A DNA stretch of 64,000 nucleotides from the NCBI GenBank assembly GCA_964057225.1, contig CAXKVF010000094.1, forward strand, positions 1 through 64,000. The letters run 5' to 3'. Within the stretch, counting starts at the first letter, position 1. Each line of letters begins with the position of its first letter. This stretch comes from Auanema rhodensis. Taxonomy: Eukaryota > Animalia > Nematoda. The translations under genes were made by a program, and so were the position numbers. A model generated the notes under the pieces. It was not told where the DNA came from, did not search any database, and saw nothing but the letters and a program-made list of their open reading frames with translations. Below are positions 15,001-30,000 of the stretch, in pieces.

Positions 15001-18000
15001 CCATGAACCAATATCAATAAAAATTTGTTTTTAGACTAATATGGACATGGGGAATCTAATTTTGAAAACCGCATCTCTTTATCTTTCACGTGAAGCGAGT
15101 TACATACCAAGTGCACATCACGTGTACATTTAATTAGCATAAATTAAAGTTCACGTAAATTTCAAAGTCATGGTTACCATGCACCAATATCAATAAAAAT
15201 TTGTTTTTAGACTAATATGGACATGGGGAATCTAATTTTGAAAACCGCATCTCTTTATCTTTCACGTGAAGCGAGTTACATACCAAGTGCACATCACGTG
15301 TACAATTAATTAGCATAAATTAAAGTTCACGTAAATTTCAAAGTCATGGTTACCATGAACCAATATCAATAAAAATTTGTTTTTAGACTAATATGGACAT
15401 GGGGAATCTAATTTTGAAAACCGCATCTCTTTATCTTTCACGTGAAGCGAGTTACATACCAAGTGCACATTACGTGTACATTTAATTAGCATAAATTAAA
15501 GTTCACGTAAATTTCAAAGTCATGGTTACCATGAACCAATATCAATACAAATTTGTTTTTAGACTAATATGGACATGGGGAATCTAATTTTGAAAACCGC
15601 ATCTCTTTATCTTTCACGTGAAGCGAGTTACATACCAAGTGCACATTACGTGTACATTTAATTAGCATAAATTAAAGTTCACGTAAAATTCAAAGTCATG
15701 GTTACCATGCACCAATATCAATAAAAATTTGTTTTTAGACTAATATGGACATGGGGAATCTAATTTTGAAAACCGCATCTCTTTATCTTTCACGTGAAGC
15801 GAGTTACATACCAAGTGCACATCACGTGTACATTTAATTAGCATAAATTAAAGTTCACGTAAATTTCAAAGTCATGGTTACCATGCACCAATATCAATAA
15901 AAATTTGTTTTTAGACTAATATGGACATGGGGAATCTAATTTTGAAAACCGCATCTCTTTATCTTTCACGTGAAGGGAGTTACATACCAAGTGCACATCA
16001 CGTGTACATTTAATTAGCATAAATTAAAGTTCACGTAAATTTCAAAGTCATGGTTACCATGCACCAATATCAATAAAAATTTGTTTTTAGACTAATATGG
16101 ACATGGGGAATCTAATTTTGAAAACCGCATCTCTTTATCTTTCACGTGAAGGGAGTTACATACCAAGTGCACATCACGTGTACATTTAATTAGCATAAAT
16201 TAAAGTTCACGTAAATTTCAAAGTCATGGTTACCATGAACCAATATCAATACAAATTTGTTTTTAGACTAATATGGACATGGGGAATCTAATTTTGAAAA
16301 CCGCATCTCTTTATCTTTCACGTGAAGCGAGTTACATACCAAGTGCACATCACGTGTACATTTAATTAGCATAAATTAAAGTTCACGTAAATTTCAAAGT
16401 CATGGTTACCATGAAGCAATATCAATAAAAATTTGTTTTTAGACTAATATGGACATGGGGAATCTAATTTTGAAAACCGCATCTCTTTATCTTTCACGTG
16501 AAGCGAGTTACATACCAAGTGCACATCACGTGTACATTTAATTAGCATAAATTAAAGTTCACGTAAATTTCAAAGTCATGGTTACCATGAACCAATATCA
16601 ATACAAATTTGTTTTTAGACTAATATGGACATGGGGAATCTAATTTTGAAAACCGCATCTCTTTATCTTTCACGTGAAGCGAGTTACATACCAAGTGCAC
16701 ATCACGTGTACATTTAATCAGCATAAATTAAAGTTCACGTAAATTTCAAAGTCATGGTTACCATGCACCAATATCAATAAAAATTTGTTTTTAGACTAAT
16801 ATGGACATGGGAATCTAATTTTGAAAACCGCATCTCTTTATCTTTCACGTGAAGCGAGTTACATACCAAGTGCACATCACGTGTACATTTAATTAGCATA
16901 AATTAAAGTTCACGTAAATTTCAAAGTCATGGTTACCATGAACCAATATCAATAAAAATTTGTTTTTAGACTAATATGGACATGGGGAATCTAATTTTGA
17001 AAACCGCATCTTTTTATCTTTCACGTGAAGCGAGTTACATACCAAGTGCACATCACGTGTACATTTAATTAGCATAAATTAAAGTTCACGTAAATTTCAA
17101 AGTCATGGTTACCATGAAGCAATATCAATAAAAATTTGTTTTTAGACTAATATGGACATGGGGAATCTAATTTTGAAAACCGCATCTCTTCATCTTTCAC
17201 GTGAAGCGAGTTACATACCAAGTGCACATCACGTGTACATTTAATTAGCATAAATTAAAGTTCACGTAAATTTCAAAGTCATGGTTACCATGAACCAATA
17301 TCAATAAAAATTTGTTTTTAGACTAATATGGACATGGGGAATCTAATTTTGAAAACCGCATCTCTTTATCTTTCACGTGAAGCGAGTTACATACCAAGTG
17401 CACATCACGTGTACATTTAATTAGCATAAATTAAAGTTCACGTAAAATTCAAAGTCATGGTTACCATGAACCAATATCAATAAAAATTTGTTTTTAGACT
17501 AATATGGACATGGGGAATCTAATTTTGAAAACCGCATCTCTTTATCTTTCACGTGAAGCGAGTTACATACCAAGTGCACATCACGTGTACATTTAATTAG
17601 CATAAATTAAAGTTCACGTAAATTTCAAAGTCATGGTTACCATGCACCAATATCAATAACAATTTGTTTTTAGACTAATATGGACATGGGGAATCTAATT
17701 TTGAAAACCGCATCTCTTTATCTTTCACGTGAAGCGAGTTACATACCAAGTGCACATCACGTGTACATTTAATTAGCATAAATTAAAGTTCACGTAAAAT
17801 TCAAAGTCATGGTTACCATGCACCAATATCAATAAAAATTTGTTTTTAGACTAATATGGACATGGGGAATCTAATTTGGAAAACCGCATCTCTTTATCTT
17901 TCACGTGAAGCGAGTTACATACCAAGTGCACATCACGTGTACATTTAATCAGCATAAATTAAAGTTCACGTAAATTTCAAAGTCATGGTTACCATGCACC

Positions 18001-21000
18001 AATATCAATAAAAATTTGTTTTTAGACTAATATGGACATGGGGAATCTAATTTTGAAAACCGCATCTCTTTATCTTTCACGTGAAGGGAGTTACATACCA
18101 AGTGCACATCACGTGTACATTTAATTAGCATAAATTAAAGTTCACGTAAATTTCAAAGTCATGGTTACCATGAAGCAATATCAATAAAAATTTGTTTTTA
18201 GACTAATATGGACATGGGGAATCTAATTTTGAAAACCGCATCTCTTTATCTTTCACGTGAAGGGAGTTACATACCAAGTGCACATCACGTGTACATTTAA
18301 TTAGCATAAATTAAAGTTCACGTAAATTTCAAAGTCATGGTTACCATGAACCAATATCAATAAAAATTTGTTTTTAGACTAATATGGACATGGGGAATCT
18401 AATTTTGAAAACCGCATCTCTTTATCTTTCACGTGAAGCGAGTTACATACCAAGTGCACATCACGTGTACATTTAATTAGCATAAATTAAAGTTCACGTA
18501 AATTTCAAAGTCATGGTTACCATGCACCAATATCAATAAAAATTTGTTTTTAGACTAATATGGACATGGGGAATCTAATTTTGAAAACCGCATCTCTTTA
18601 TCTTTCACGTGAAGCGAGTTACATACCAAGTGCACATCACGTGTACAATTAATTAGCATAAATTAAAGTTCACGTAAATTTCAAAGTCATGGTTACCATG
18701 AACCAATATCAATAAAAATTTGTTTTTAGACTAATATGGACATGGGGAATCTAATTTTGAAAACCGCATCTCTTTATCTTTCACGTGAAGCGAGTTACAT
18801 ACCAAGTGCACATTACGTGTACATTTAATTAGCATAAATTAAAGTTCACGTAAATTTCAAAGTCATGGTTACCATGAACCAATATCAATACAAATTTGTT
18901 TTTAGACTAATATGGACATGGGGAATCTAATTTTGAAAACCGCATCTCTTTATCTTTCACGTGAAGCGAGTTACATACCAAGTGCACATTACGTGTACAT
19001 TTAATTAGCATAAATTAAAGTTCACGTAAAATTCAAAGTCATGGTTACCATGCACCAATATCAATAAAAATTTGTTTTTAGACTAATATGGACATGGGGA
19101 ATCTAATTTTGAAAACCGCATCTCTTTATCTTTCACGTGAAGCGAGTTACATACCAAGTGCACATCACGTGTACATTTAATTAGCATAAATTAAAGTTCA
19201 CGTAAATTTCAAAGTCATGGTTACCATGCACCAATATCAATAAAAATTTGTTTTTAGACTAATATGGACATGGGGAATCTAATTTTGAAAACCGCATCTC
19301 TTTATCTTTCACGTGAAGGGAGTTACATACCAAGTGCACATCACGTGTACATTTAATTAGCATAAATTAAAGTTCACGTAAATTTCAAAGTCATGGTTAC
19401 CATGAAGCAATATCAATAAAAATTTGTTTTTAGACTAATATGGACATGGGGAATCTAATTTTGAAAACCGCATCTCTTTATCTTTCACGTGAAGGGAGTT
19501 ACATACCAAGTGCACATCACGTGTACATTTAATTAGCATAAATTAAAGTTCACGTAAATTTCAAAGTCATGGTTACCATGAACCAATATCAATAAAAATT
19601 TGTTTTTAGACTAATATGGACATGGGGAATCTAATTTTGAAAACCGCATCTCTTTATCTTTCACGTGAAGCGAGTTACATACCAAGTGCACATCACGTGT
19701 ACATTTAATTAGCATAAATTAAAGTTCACGTAAATTTCAAAGTCATGGTTACCATGCACCAATATCAATAAAAATTTGTTTTTAGACTAATATGGACATG
19801 GGGAATCTAATTTTGAAAACCGCATCTCTTTATCTTTCACGTGAAGCGAGTTACATACCAAGTGCACATCACGTGTACATTTAATTAGCATAAATTAAAG
19901 TTCACGTAAATTTCAAAGTCATGGTTACCATGAACCAATATCAATAAAAATTTGTTTTTAGACTAATATGGACATGGGGAATCTAATTTTGAAAACCGCA
20001 TCTCTTTATCTTTCACGTGAAGCGAGTTACATACCAAGTGCACATCACGTGTACATTTAATTAGCATAAATTAAAGTTCACGTAAATTTCAAAGTCATGG
20101 TTACCATGAACCAATATCAATACAAATTTGTTTTTAGACTAATATGGACATGGGGAATCTAATTTTGAAAACCGCATCTCTTTATCTTTCACGTGAAGCG
20201 AGTTACATACCAAGAGCACATTACGTGTACATTTAATTAGCATAAATTAAAGTTCACGTAAAATTCAAAGTCATGGTTACCATGCACCAATATCAATAAA
20301 AATTTGTTTTTAGACTAATATGGACATGGGGAATCTAATTTTGAAAACCGCATCTCTTTATCTTTCACGTGAAGCGAGTTACATACCAAGTGCACATCAC
20401 GTGTACATTTAATTAGCATAAATTAAAGTTCACGTAAATTTCAAAGTCATGGTTACCATGCACCAATATCAATAAAAATTTGTTTTTAGACTAATATGGA
20501 CATGGGGAATCTAATTTTGAAAACCGCATCTCTTTATCTTTCACGTGAAGCGAGTTACATACCAAGTGCACATCACGTGTACATTTAATTAGCATAAATT
20601 AAAGTTCACGTAAATTTCAAAGTCATGGTTACCATGAACCAATATCAATACAAATTTGTTTTTAGACTAATATGGACATGGGGAATCTAATTTTGAAAAC
20701 CGCATCTCTTTATCTTTCACGTGAAGCGAGTTACATACCAAGTGCACATCACGTGTACATTTAATTAGCATAAATTAAAGTTCACGTAAATTTCAAAGTC
20801 ATGGTTACCATGAAGCAATATCAATAAAAATTTGTTTTTAGACTAATATGGACATGGGGAATCTAATTTTGAAAACCGCATCTCTTTATCTTTCACGTGA
20901 AGCGAGTTACATACCAAGTGCACATCACGTGTACATTTAATTAGCATAAATTAAAGTTCACGTAAATTTCAAAGTCATGGTTACCATGAACCAATATCAA

Positions 21001-24000
21001 TAAAAATTTGTTTTTAGACTAATATGGACATGGGGAATCTAATTTTGAAAACCGCATCTCTTTATCTTTCACGTGAAGCGAGTTACATACCAAGTGCACA
21101 TCACGTGTACATTTAATTAGCATAAATTAAAGTTCACGTAAAATTCAAAGTCATGGTTACCATGAACCAATATCAATAAAAATTTGTTTTTAGACTAATA
21201 TGGACATGGGGAATCTAATTTTGAAAACCGCATCTCTTTATCTTTCACGTGAAGCGAGTTACATACCAAGTGCACATCACGTGTACATTTAATTAGCATA
21301 AATTAAAGTTCACGTAAATTTCAAAGTCATGGTTACCATGCACCAATATCAATAAAAATTTGTTTTTAGACTAATATGGACATGGGGAATCTAATTTTGA
21401 AAACCGCATCTCTTTATCTTTCACGTGAAGCGAGTTACATACCAAGTGCACATCACGTGTACATTTAATTAGCATAAATTAAAGTTCACGTAAAATTCAA
21501 AGTCATGGTTACCATGCACCAATATCAATAAAAATTTGTTTTTAGACTAATATGGACATGGGGAATCTAATTTGGAAAACCGCATCTCTTTATCTTTCAC
21601 GTGAAGCGAGTTACATACCAAGTGCACATCACGTGTACATTTAATCAGCATAAATTAAAGTTCACGTAAATTTCAAAGTCATGGTTACCATGCACCAATA
21701 TCAATAAAAATTTGTTTTTAGACTAATATGGACATGGGGAATCTAATTTTGAAAACCGCATCTCTTTATCTTTCACGTGAAGGGAGTTACATACCAAGTG
21801 CACATCACGTGTACATTTAATTAGCATAAATTAAAGTTCACGTAAATTTCAAAGTCATGGTTACCATGAAGCAATATCAATAAAAATTTGTTTTTAGACT
21901 AATATGGACATGGGGAATCTAATTTTGAAAACCGCATCTCTTTATCTTTCACGTGAAGGGAGTTACATACCAAGTGCACATCACGTGTACATTTAATTAG
22001 CATAAATTAAAGTTCACGTAAATTTCAAAGTCATGGTTACCATGAACCAATATCAATAAAAATTTGTTTTTAGACTAATATGGACATGGGGAATCTAATT
22101 TTGAAAACCGCATCTCTTTATCTTTCACGTGAAGCGAGTTACATACCAAGTGCACATCACGTGTACATTTAATTAGCATAAATTAAAGTTCACGTAAATT
22201 TCAAAGTCATGGTTACCATGCACCAATATCAATAAAAATTTGTTTTTAGACTAATATGGACATGGGGAATCTAATTTTGAAAACCGCATCTCTTTATCTT
22301 TCACGTGAAGCGAGTTACATACCAAGTGCACATCACGTGTACAATTAATTAGCATAAATTAAAGTTCACGTAAATTTCAAAGTCATGGTTACCATGAACC
22401 AATATCAATAAAAATTTGTTTTTAGACTAATATGGACATGGGGAATCTAATTTTGAAAACCGCATCTCTTTATCTTTCACGTGAAGCGAGTTACATACCA
22501 AGTGCACATTACGTGTACATTTAATTAGCATAAATTAAAGTTCACGTAAATTTCAAAGTCATGGTTACCATGAACCAATATCAATACAAATTTGTTTTTA
22601 GACTAATATGGACATGGGGAATCTAATTTTGAAAACCGCATCTCTTTATCTTTCACGTGAAGCGAGTTACATACCAAGTGCACATTACGTGTACATTTAA
22701 TTAGCATAAATTAAAGTTCACGTAAAATTCAAAGTCATGGTTACCATGCACCAATATCAATAAAAATTTGTTTTTAGACTAATATGGACATGGGGAATCT
22801 AATTTTGAAAACCGCATCTCTTTATCTTTCACGTGAAGCGAGTTACATACCAAGTGCACATCACGTGTACATTTAATTAGCATAAATTAAAGTTCACGTA
22901 AATTTCAAAGTCATGGTTACCATGCACCAATATCAATAAAAATTTGTTTTTAGACTAATATGGACATGGGGAATCTAATTTTGAAAACCGCATCTCTTTA
23001 TCTTTCACGTGAAGGGAGTTACATACCAAGTGCACATCACGTGTACATTTAATTAGCATAAATTAAAGTTCACGTAAATTTCAAAGTCATGGTTACCATG
23101 AAGCAATATCAATAAAAATTTGTTTTTAGACTAATATGGACATGGGGAATCTAATTTTGAAAACCGCATCTCTTTATCTTTCACGTGAAGGGAGTTACAT
23201 ACCAAGTGCACATCACGTGTACATTTAATTAGCATAAATTAAAGTTCACGTAAATTTCAAAGTCATGGTTACCATGAACCAATATCAATGAAAATTTGTT
23301 TTTAGACTAATATGGACATGGGGAATCTAATTTTGAAAACCGCATCTCTTTATCTTTCACGTGAAGCGAGTTACATACCAAGTGCACATCACGTGTACAT
23401 TTAATTAGCATAAATTAAAGTTCACGTAAATTTCAAAGTCATGGTTACCATGCACCAATATCAATAAAAATTTGTTTTTAGACTAATATGGACATGGGGA
23501 ATCTAATTTTGAAAACCGCATCTCTTTATCTTTCACGTGAAGCGAGTTACATACCAAGTGCACATTACGTGTACATTTAATTAGCATAAATTAAAGTTCA
23601 CGTAAAATTCAAAGTCATGGTTACCATGCACCAATATCAATAAAAATTTGTTTTTAGACTAATATGGACATGGGGAATCTAATTTTGAAAACCGCATCTC
23701 TTTATCTTTCACGTGAAGCGAGTTACATACCAAGTGCACATCACGTGTACATTTAATTAGCATAAATTAAAGTTCACGTAAATTTCAAAGTCATGGTTAC
23801 CATGAACCAATATCAATAAAAATTTGTTTTTAGACTAATATGGACATGGGGAATCTAATTTTGAAAACCGCATCTCTTTATCTTTCACGTGAAGCGAGTT
23901 ACATACCAAGTGCACATCACGTGTACATTTAATTAGCATAAATTAAAGTTCACGTAAATTTCAAAGTCATGGTTACCATGAACCAATATCAATACAAATT

Positions 24001-27000
24001 TGTTTTTAGACTAATATGGACATGGGGAATCTAATTTTGAAAACCGCATCTCTTTATCTTTCACGTGAAGCGAGTTACATACCAAGAGCACATTACGTGT
24101 ACATTTAATTAGCATAAATTAAAGTTCACGTAAAATTCAAAGTCATGGTTACCATGCACCAATATCAATAAAAATTTGTTTTTAGACTAATATGGACATG
24201 GGGAATCTAATTTTGAAAACCGCATCTCTTTATCTTTCACGTGAAGCGAGTTACATACCAAGTGCACATCACGTGTACATTTAATTAGCATAAATTAAAG
24301 TTCACGTAAATTTCAAAGTCATGGTTACCATGCACCAATATCAATAAAAATTTGTTTTTAGACTAATATGGACATGGGGAATCTAATTTTGAAAACCGCA
24401 TCTCTTTATCTTTCACGTGAAGCGAGTTACATACCAAGTGCACATCACGTGTACATTTAATTAGCATAAATTAAAGTTCACGTAAATTTCAAAGTCATGG
24501 TTACCATGAACCAATATCAATACAAATTTGTTTTTAGACTAATATGGACATGGGGAATCTAATTTTGAAAACCGCATCTCTTTATCTTTCACGTGAAGCG
24601 AGTTACATACCAAGTGCACATCACGTGTACATTTAATTAGCATAAATTAAAGTTCACGTAAATTTCAAAGTCATGGTTACCATGAAGCAATATCAATAAA
24701 AATTTGTTTTTAGACTAATATGGACATGGGGAATCTAATTTTGAAAACCGCATCTCTTTATCTTTCACGTGAAGCGAGTTACATACCAAGTGCACATCAC
24801 GTGTACATTTAATTAGCATAAATTAAAGTTCACGTAAATTTCAAAGTCATGGTTACCATGAACCAATATCAATAAAAATTTGTTTTTAGACTAATATGGA
24901 CATGGGGAATCTAATTTTGAAAACCGCATCTCTTTATCTTTCACGTGAAGCGAGTTACATACCAAGTGCACATCACGTGTACATTTAATTAGCATAAATT
25001 AAAGTTCACGTAAAATTCAAAGTCATGGTTACCATGCACCAATATCAATAAAAATTTGTTTTTAGACTAATATGGACATGGGGAATCTAATTTTGAAAAC
25101 CGCATCTCTTTATCTTTTACGTGAAGCGAGTTACATACCAAGTGCACATCACGTGTACATTTAATTAGCATAAATTAAAGTTCACGTAAATTTCAAAGTC
25201 ATGGTTACCATGAACCAATATCAATAAAAATTTGTTTTTAGACTAATATGGACATGGGGAATCTAATTTTGAAAACCGCATCTCTTTATCTTTCACGTGA
25301 AGCGAGTTACATACCAAGTGCACATCACGTGTACATTTAATCAGCATAAATTAAAGTTCACGTAAATTTCAAAGTCATGGTTACCATGCACCAATATCAA
25401 TAAAAATTTGTTTTTAGACTAATATGGACATGGGAATCTAATTTTGAAAACCGCATCTCTTTATCTTTCACGTGAAGCGAGTTACATACCAAGTGCACAT
25501 CACGTGTACATTTAATTAGCATAAATTAAAGTTCACGTAAATTTCAAAGTCATGGTTACCATGAACCAATATCAATAAAAATTTGTTTTTAGACTAATAT
25601 GGACATGGGGAATCTAATTTTGAAAACCGCATCTCTTTATCTTTCACGTGAAGCGAGTTACATACCAAGTGCACATCACGTGTACATTTAATTAGCATAA
25701 ATTAAAGTTCACGTAAATTTCAAAGTCATGGTTACCATGAAGCAATATCAATAAAAATTTGTTTTTAGACTAATATGGACATGGGGAATCTAATTTTGAA
25801 AACCGCATCTCTTCATCTTTCACGTGAAGCGAGTTACATACCAAGTGCACATCACGTGTACATTTAATTAGCATAAATTAAAGTTCACGTAAATTTCAAA
25901 GTCATGGTTACCATGAACCAATATCAATAAAAATTTGTTTTTAGACTAATATGGACATGGGGAATCTAATTTTGAAAACCGCATCTCTTTATCTTTCACG
26001 TGAAGCGAGTTACATACCAAGTGCACATCACGTGTACATTTAATTAGCATAAATTAAAGTTCACGTAAAATTCAAAGTCATGGTTACCATGAACCAATAT
26101 CAATAAAAATTTGTTTTTAGACTAATATGGACATGGGGAATCTAATTTTGAAAACCGCATCTCTTTATCTTTCACGTGAAGCGAGTTACATACCAAGTGC
26201 ACATCACGTGTACATTTAATTAGCATAAATTAAAGTTCACGTAAATTTCAAAGTCATGGTTACCATGCACCAATATCAATAAAAATTTGTTTTTAGACTA
26301 ATATGGACATGGGGAATCTAATTTTGAAAACCGCATCTCTTTATCTTTCACGTGAAGCGAGTTACATACCAAGTGCACATCACGTGTACATTTAATTAGC
26401 ATAAATTAAAGTTCACGTAAAATTCAAAGTCATGGTTACCATGCACCAATATCAATAAAAATTTGTTTTTAGACTAATATGGACATGGGGAATCTAATTT
26501 TGAAAACCGCATCTCTTTATCTTTTACGTGAAGCGAGTTACATACCAAGTGCACATCACGTGTACATTTAATTAGCATAAATTAAAGTTCACGTAAATTT
26601 CAAAGTCATGGTTACCATGAACCAATATCAATAAAAATTTGTTTTTAGACTAATATGGACATGGGGAATCTAATTTTGAAAACCGCATCTCTTTATCTTT
26701 CACGTGAAGCGAGTTACATACCAAGTGCACATCACGTGTACATTTAATCAGCATAAATTAAAGTTCACGTAAATTTCAAAGTCATGGTTACCATGCACCA
26801 ATATCAATAAAAATTTGTTTTTAGACTAATATGGACATGGGGAATCTAATTTTGAAAACCGCATCTCTTTATCTTTCACGTGAAGCGAGTTACATACCAA
26901 GTGCACATCACGTGTACATTTAATTAGCATAAATTAAAGTTCACGTAAATTTCAAAGTCATGGTTACCATGAACCAATATCAATAAAAATTTGTTTTTAG

Positions 27001-30000
27001 ACTAATATGGACATGGGGAATCTAATTTTGAAAACCGCATCTCTTTATCTTTCACGTGAAGCGAGTTACATACCAAGTGCACATCACGTGTACATTTAAT
27101 TAGCATAAATTAAAGTTCACGTAAATTTCAAAGTCATGGTTACCATGCACCAATATCAATAAAAATTTGTTTTTAGACTAATATGGACATGGGGGATCTA
27201 ATTTTGAAAACCGCATCTCTTTATCTTTCACGTGAAGCGAGTTACATACCAAGTGCACATCACGTGTACATTTAATTAGCATAAATTAAAGTTCACGTAA
27301 ATTTCAAAGTCATGGTTACCATGCACCAATATCAATAAAAATTTGTTTTTAGACTAATATGGACATGGGGAATCTAATTTTGAAAACCGCATCTCTTTAT
27401 CTTTCACGTGAAGCGAGTTACATACCAAGTGCACATCACGTGTACATTTAATTAGCATAAATTAAAGTTCACGTAAATTTCAAAGTCATGGTTACCATGC
27501 ACCAATATCAATAAAAATTTGTTTTTAGACTAATATGGACATGGGGAATCTAATTTTGAAAACCGCATCTCTTTATCTTTCACGTGAAGCGAGTTACATA
27601 CCAAGTGCACATCACGTGTACATTTAATTAGCATAAATTAAAGTTCACGTAAATTTCAAAGTCATGGTTACCATGCACCAATATCAATAAAAATTTGTTT
27701 TTAGACTAATATGGACATGGGGAATCTAATTTTGAAAACCGCATCTCTTTATCTTTCACGTGAAGCGAGTTACATACCAAGTGCACATCACGTGTACATT
27801 TAATTAGCATAAATTAAAGTTCACGTAAATTTCAAAGTCATGGTTACCATGCACCAATATCAATAAAAATTTGTTTTTAGACTAATATGGACATGGGGGA
27901 TCTAATTTTGAAAACCGCATCTCTTTATCTTTCACGTGAAGCGAGTTACATACCAAGTGCACATCACGTGTACATTTAATTAGCATAAATTAAAGTTCAC
28001 GTAAATTTCAAAGTCATGGTTACCATGAACCAATATCAATAAAAATTTGTTTTTAGACTAATATGGACATGGGGAATCTAATTTTGAAAACCGCATCTCT
28101 TTATCTTTCACGTGAAGCGAGTTACATACCAAGTGCACATCACGTGTACATTTAATTAGCATAAATTAAAGTTCACGTAAATTTCAAAGTCATGGTTACC
28201 ATGCACCAATATCAATAAAAATTTGTTTTTAGACTAATATGGACATGGGGAATCTAATTTTGAAAACCGCATCTCTTTATCTTTCACGTGAAGCGAGTTA
28301 CATACCAAGTGCACATCACGTGTACATTTAATTAGCATAAATTAAAGTTCACGTAAATTTCAAAGTCATGGTTACCATGCACCAATATCAATAAAAATTT
28401 GTTTTTAGACTAATATGGACATGGGGAATCTAATTTTGAAAACCGCATCTCTTTATCTTTCACGTGAAGCGAGTTACATACCAAGTGCACATCACGTGTA
28501 CATTTAATTAGCATAAATTAAAGTTCACGTAAATTTCAAAGTCATGGTTACCATGCACCAATATCAATAAAAATTTGTTTTTAGACTAATATGGACATGG
28601 GGAATCTAATTTTGAAAACCGCATCTCTTTATCTTTCACGTGAAGCGAGTTACATACCAAGTGCACATCACGTGTACATTTAATTAGCATAAATTAAAGT
28701 TCACGTAAATTTCAAAGTCATGGTTACCATGAACCAATATCAATAAAAATTTGTTTTTAGACTAATATGGACATGGGGAATCTAATTTTGAAAACCGCAT
28801 CTCTTTATCTTTCACGTGAAGCGAGTTACATACCAAGTGCACATCACGTGTACATTTAATTAGCATAAATTAAAGTTCACGTAAATTTCAAAGTCATGGT
28901 TACCATGCACCAATATCAATAAAAATTTGTTTTTAGACTAATATGGACATGGGGAATCTAATTTTGAAAACCGCATCTCTTTATCTTTCACGTGAAGCGA
29001 GTTACATACCAAGTGCACATCACGTGTACATTTAATTAGCATAAATTAAAGTTCACGTAAATTTCAAAGTCATGGTTACCATGCACCAATATCAATAAAA
29101 ATTTGTTTTTAGACTAATATGGACATGGGGAATCTAATTTTGAAAACCGCATCTCTTTATCTTTCACGTGAAGCGAGTTACATACCAAGTGCACATCACG
29201 TGTACATTTAATTAGCATAAATTAAAGTTCACGTAAATTTCAAAGTCATGGTTACCATGAACCAATATCAATACAAATTTGTTTTTAGACTAATATGGAC
29301 ATGGGGAATCTAATTTTGAAAACCGCATCTCTTTATCTTTCACGTGAAGCGAGTTACATACCAAGTGCACATCACGTGTACATTTAATTAGCATAAATTA
29401 AAGTTCACGTAAATTTCAAAGTCATGGTTACCATGCACCAATATCAATAAAAATTTGTTTTTAGACTAATATGGACATGGGGAATCTAATTTTGAAAACC
29501 GCATCTCTTTATCTTTCACGTGAAGCGAGTTACATACCAAGTGCACATCACGTGTACATTTAATTAGCATAAATTAAAGTTCACGTAAATTTCAAAGTCA
29601 TGGTTACCATGAACCAATATCAATAAAAATTTGTTTTTAGACTAATATGGACATGGGGAATCTAATTTTGAAAACCGCATCTCTTTATCTTTCACGTGAA
29701 GCGAGTTACATACCAAGTGCACATCACGTGTACATTTAATTAGCATAAATTAAAGTTCACGTAAAATTCAAAGTCATGGTTACCATGCACCAATATCAAT
29801 AAAAATTTGTTTTTAGACTAATATGGACATGGGGAATCTAATTTTGAAAACCGCATCTCTTTATCTTTCACGTGAAGCGAGTTACATACCAAGTGCACAT
29901 CACGTGTACATTTAATCAGCATAAATTAAAGTTCACGTAAATTTCAAAGTCATGGTTACCATGCACCAATATCAATAAAAATTTGTTTTTAGACTAATAT

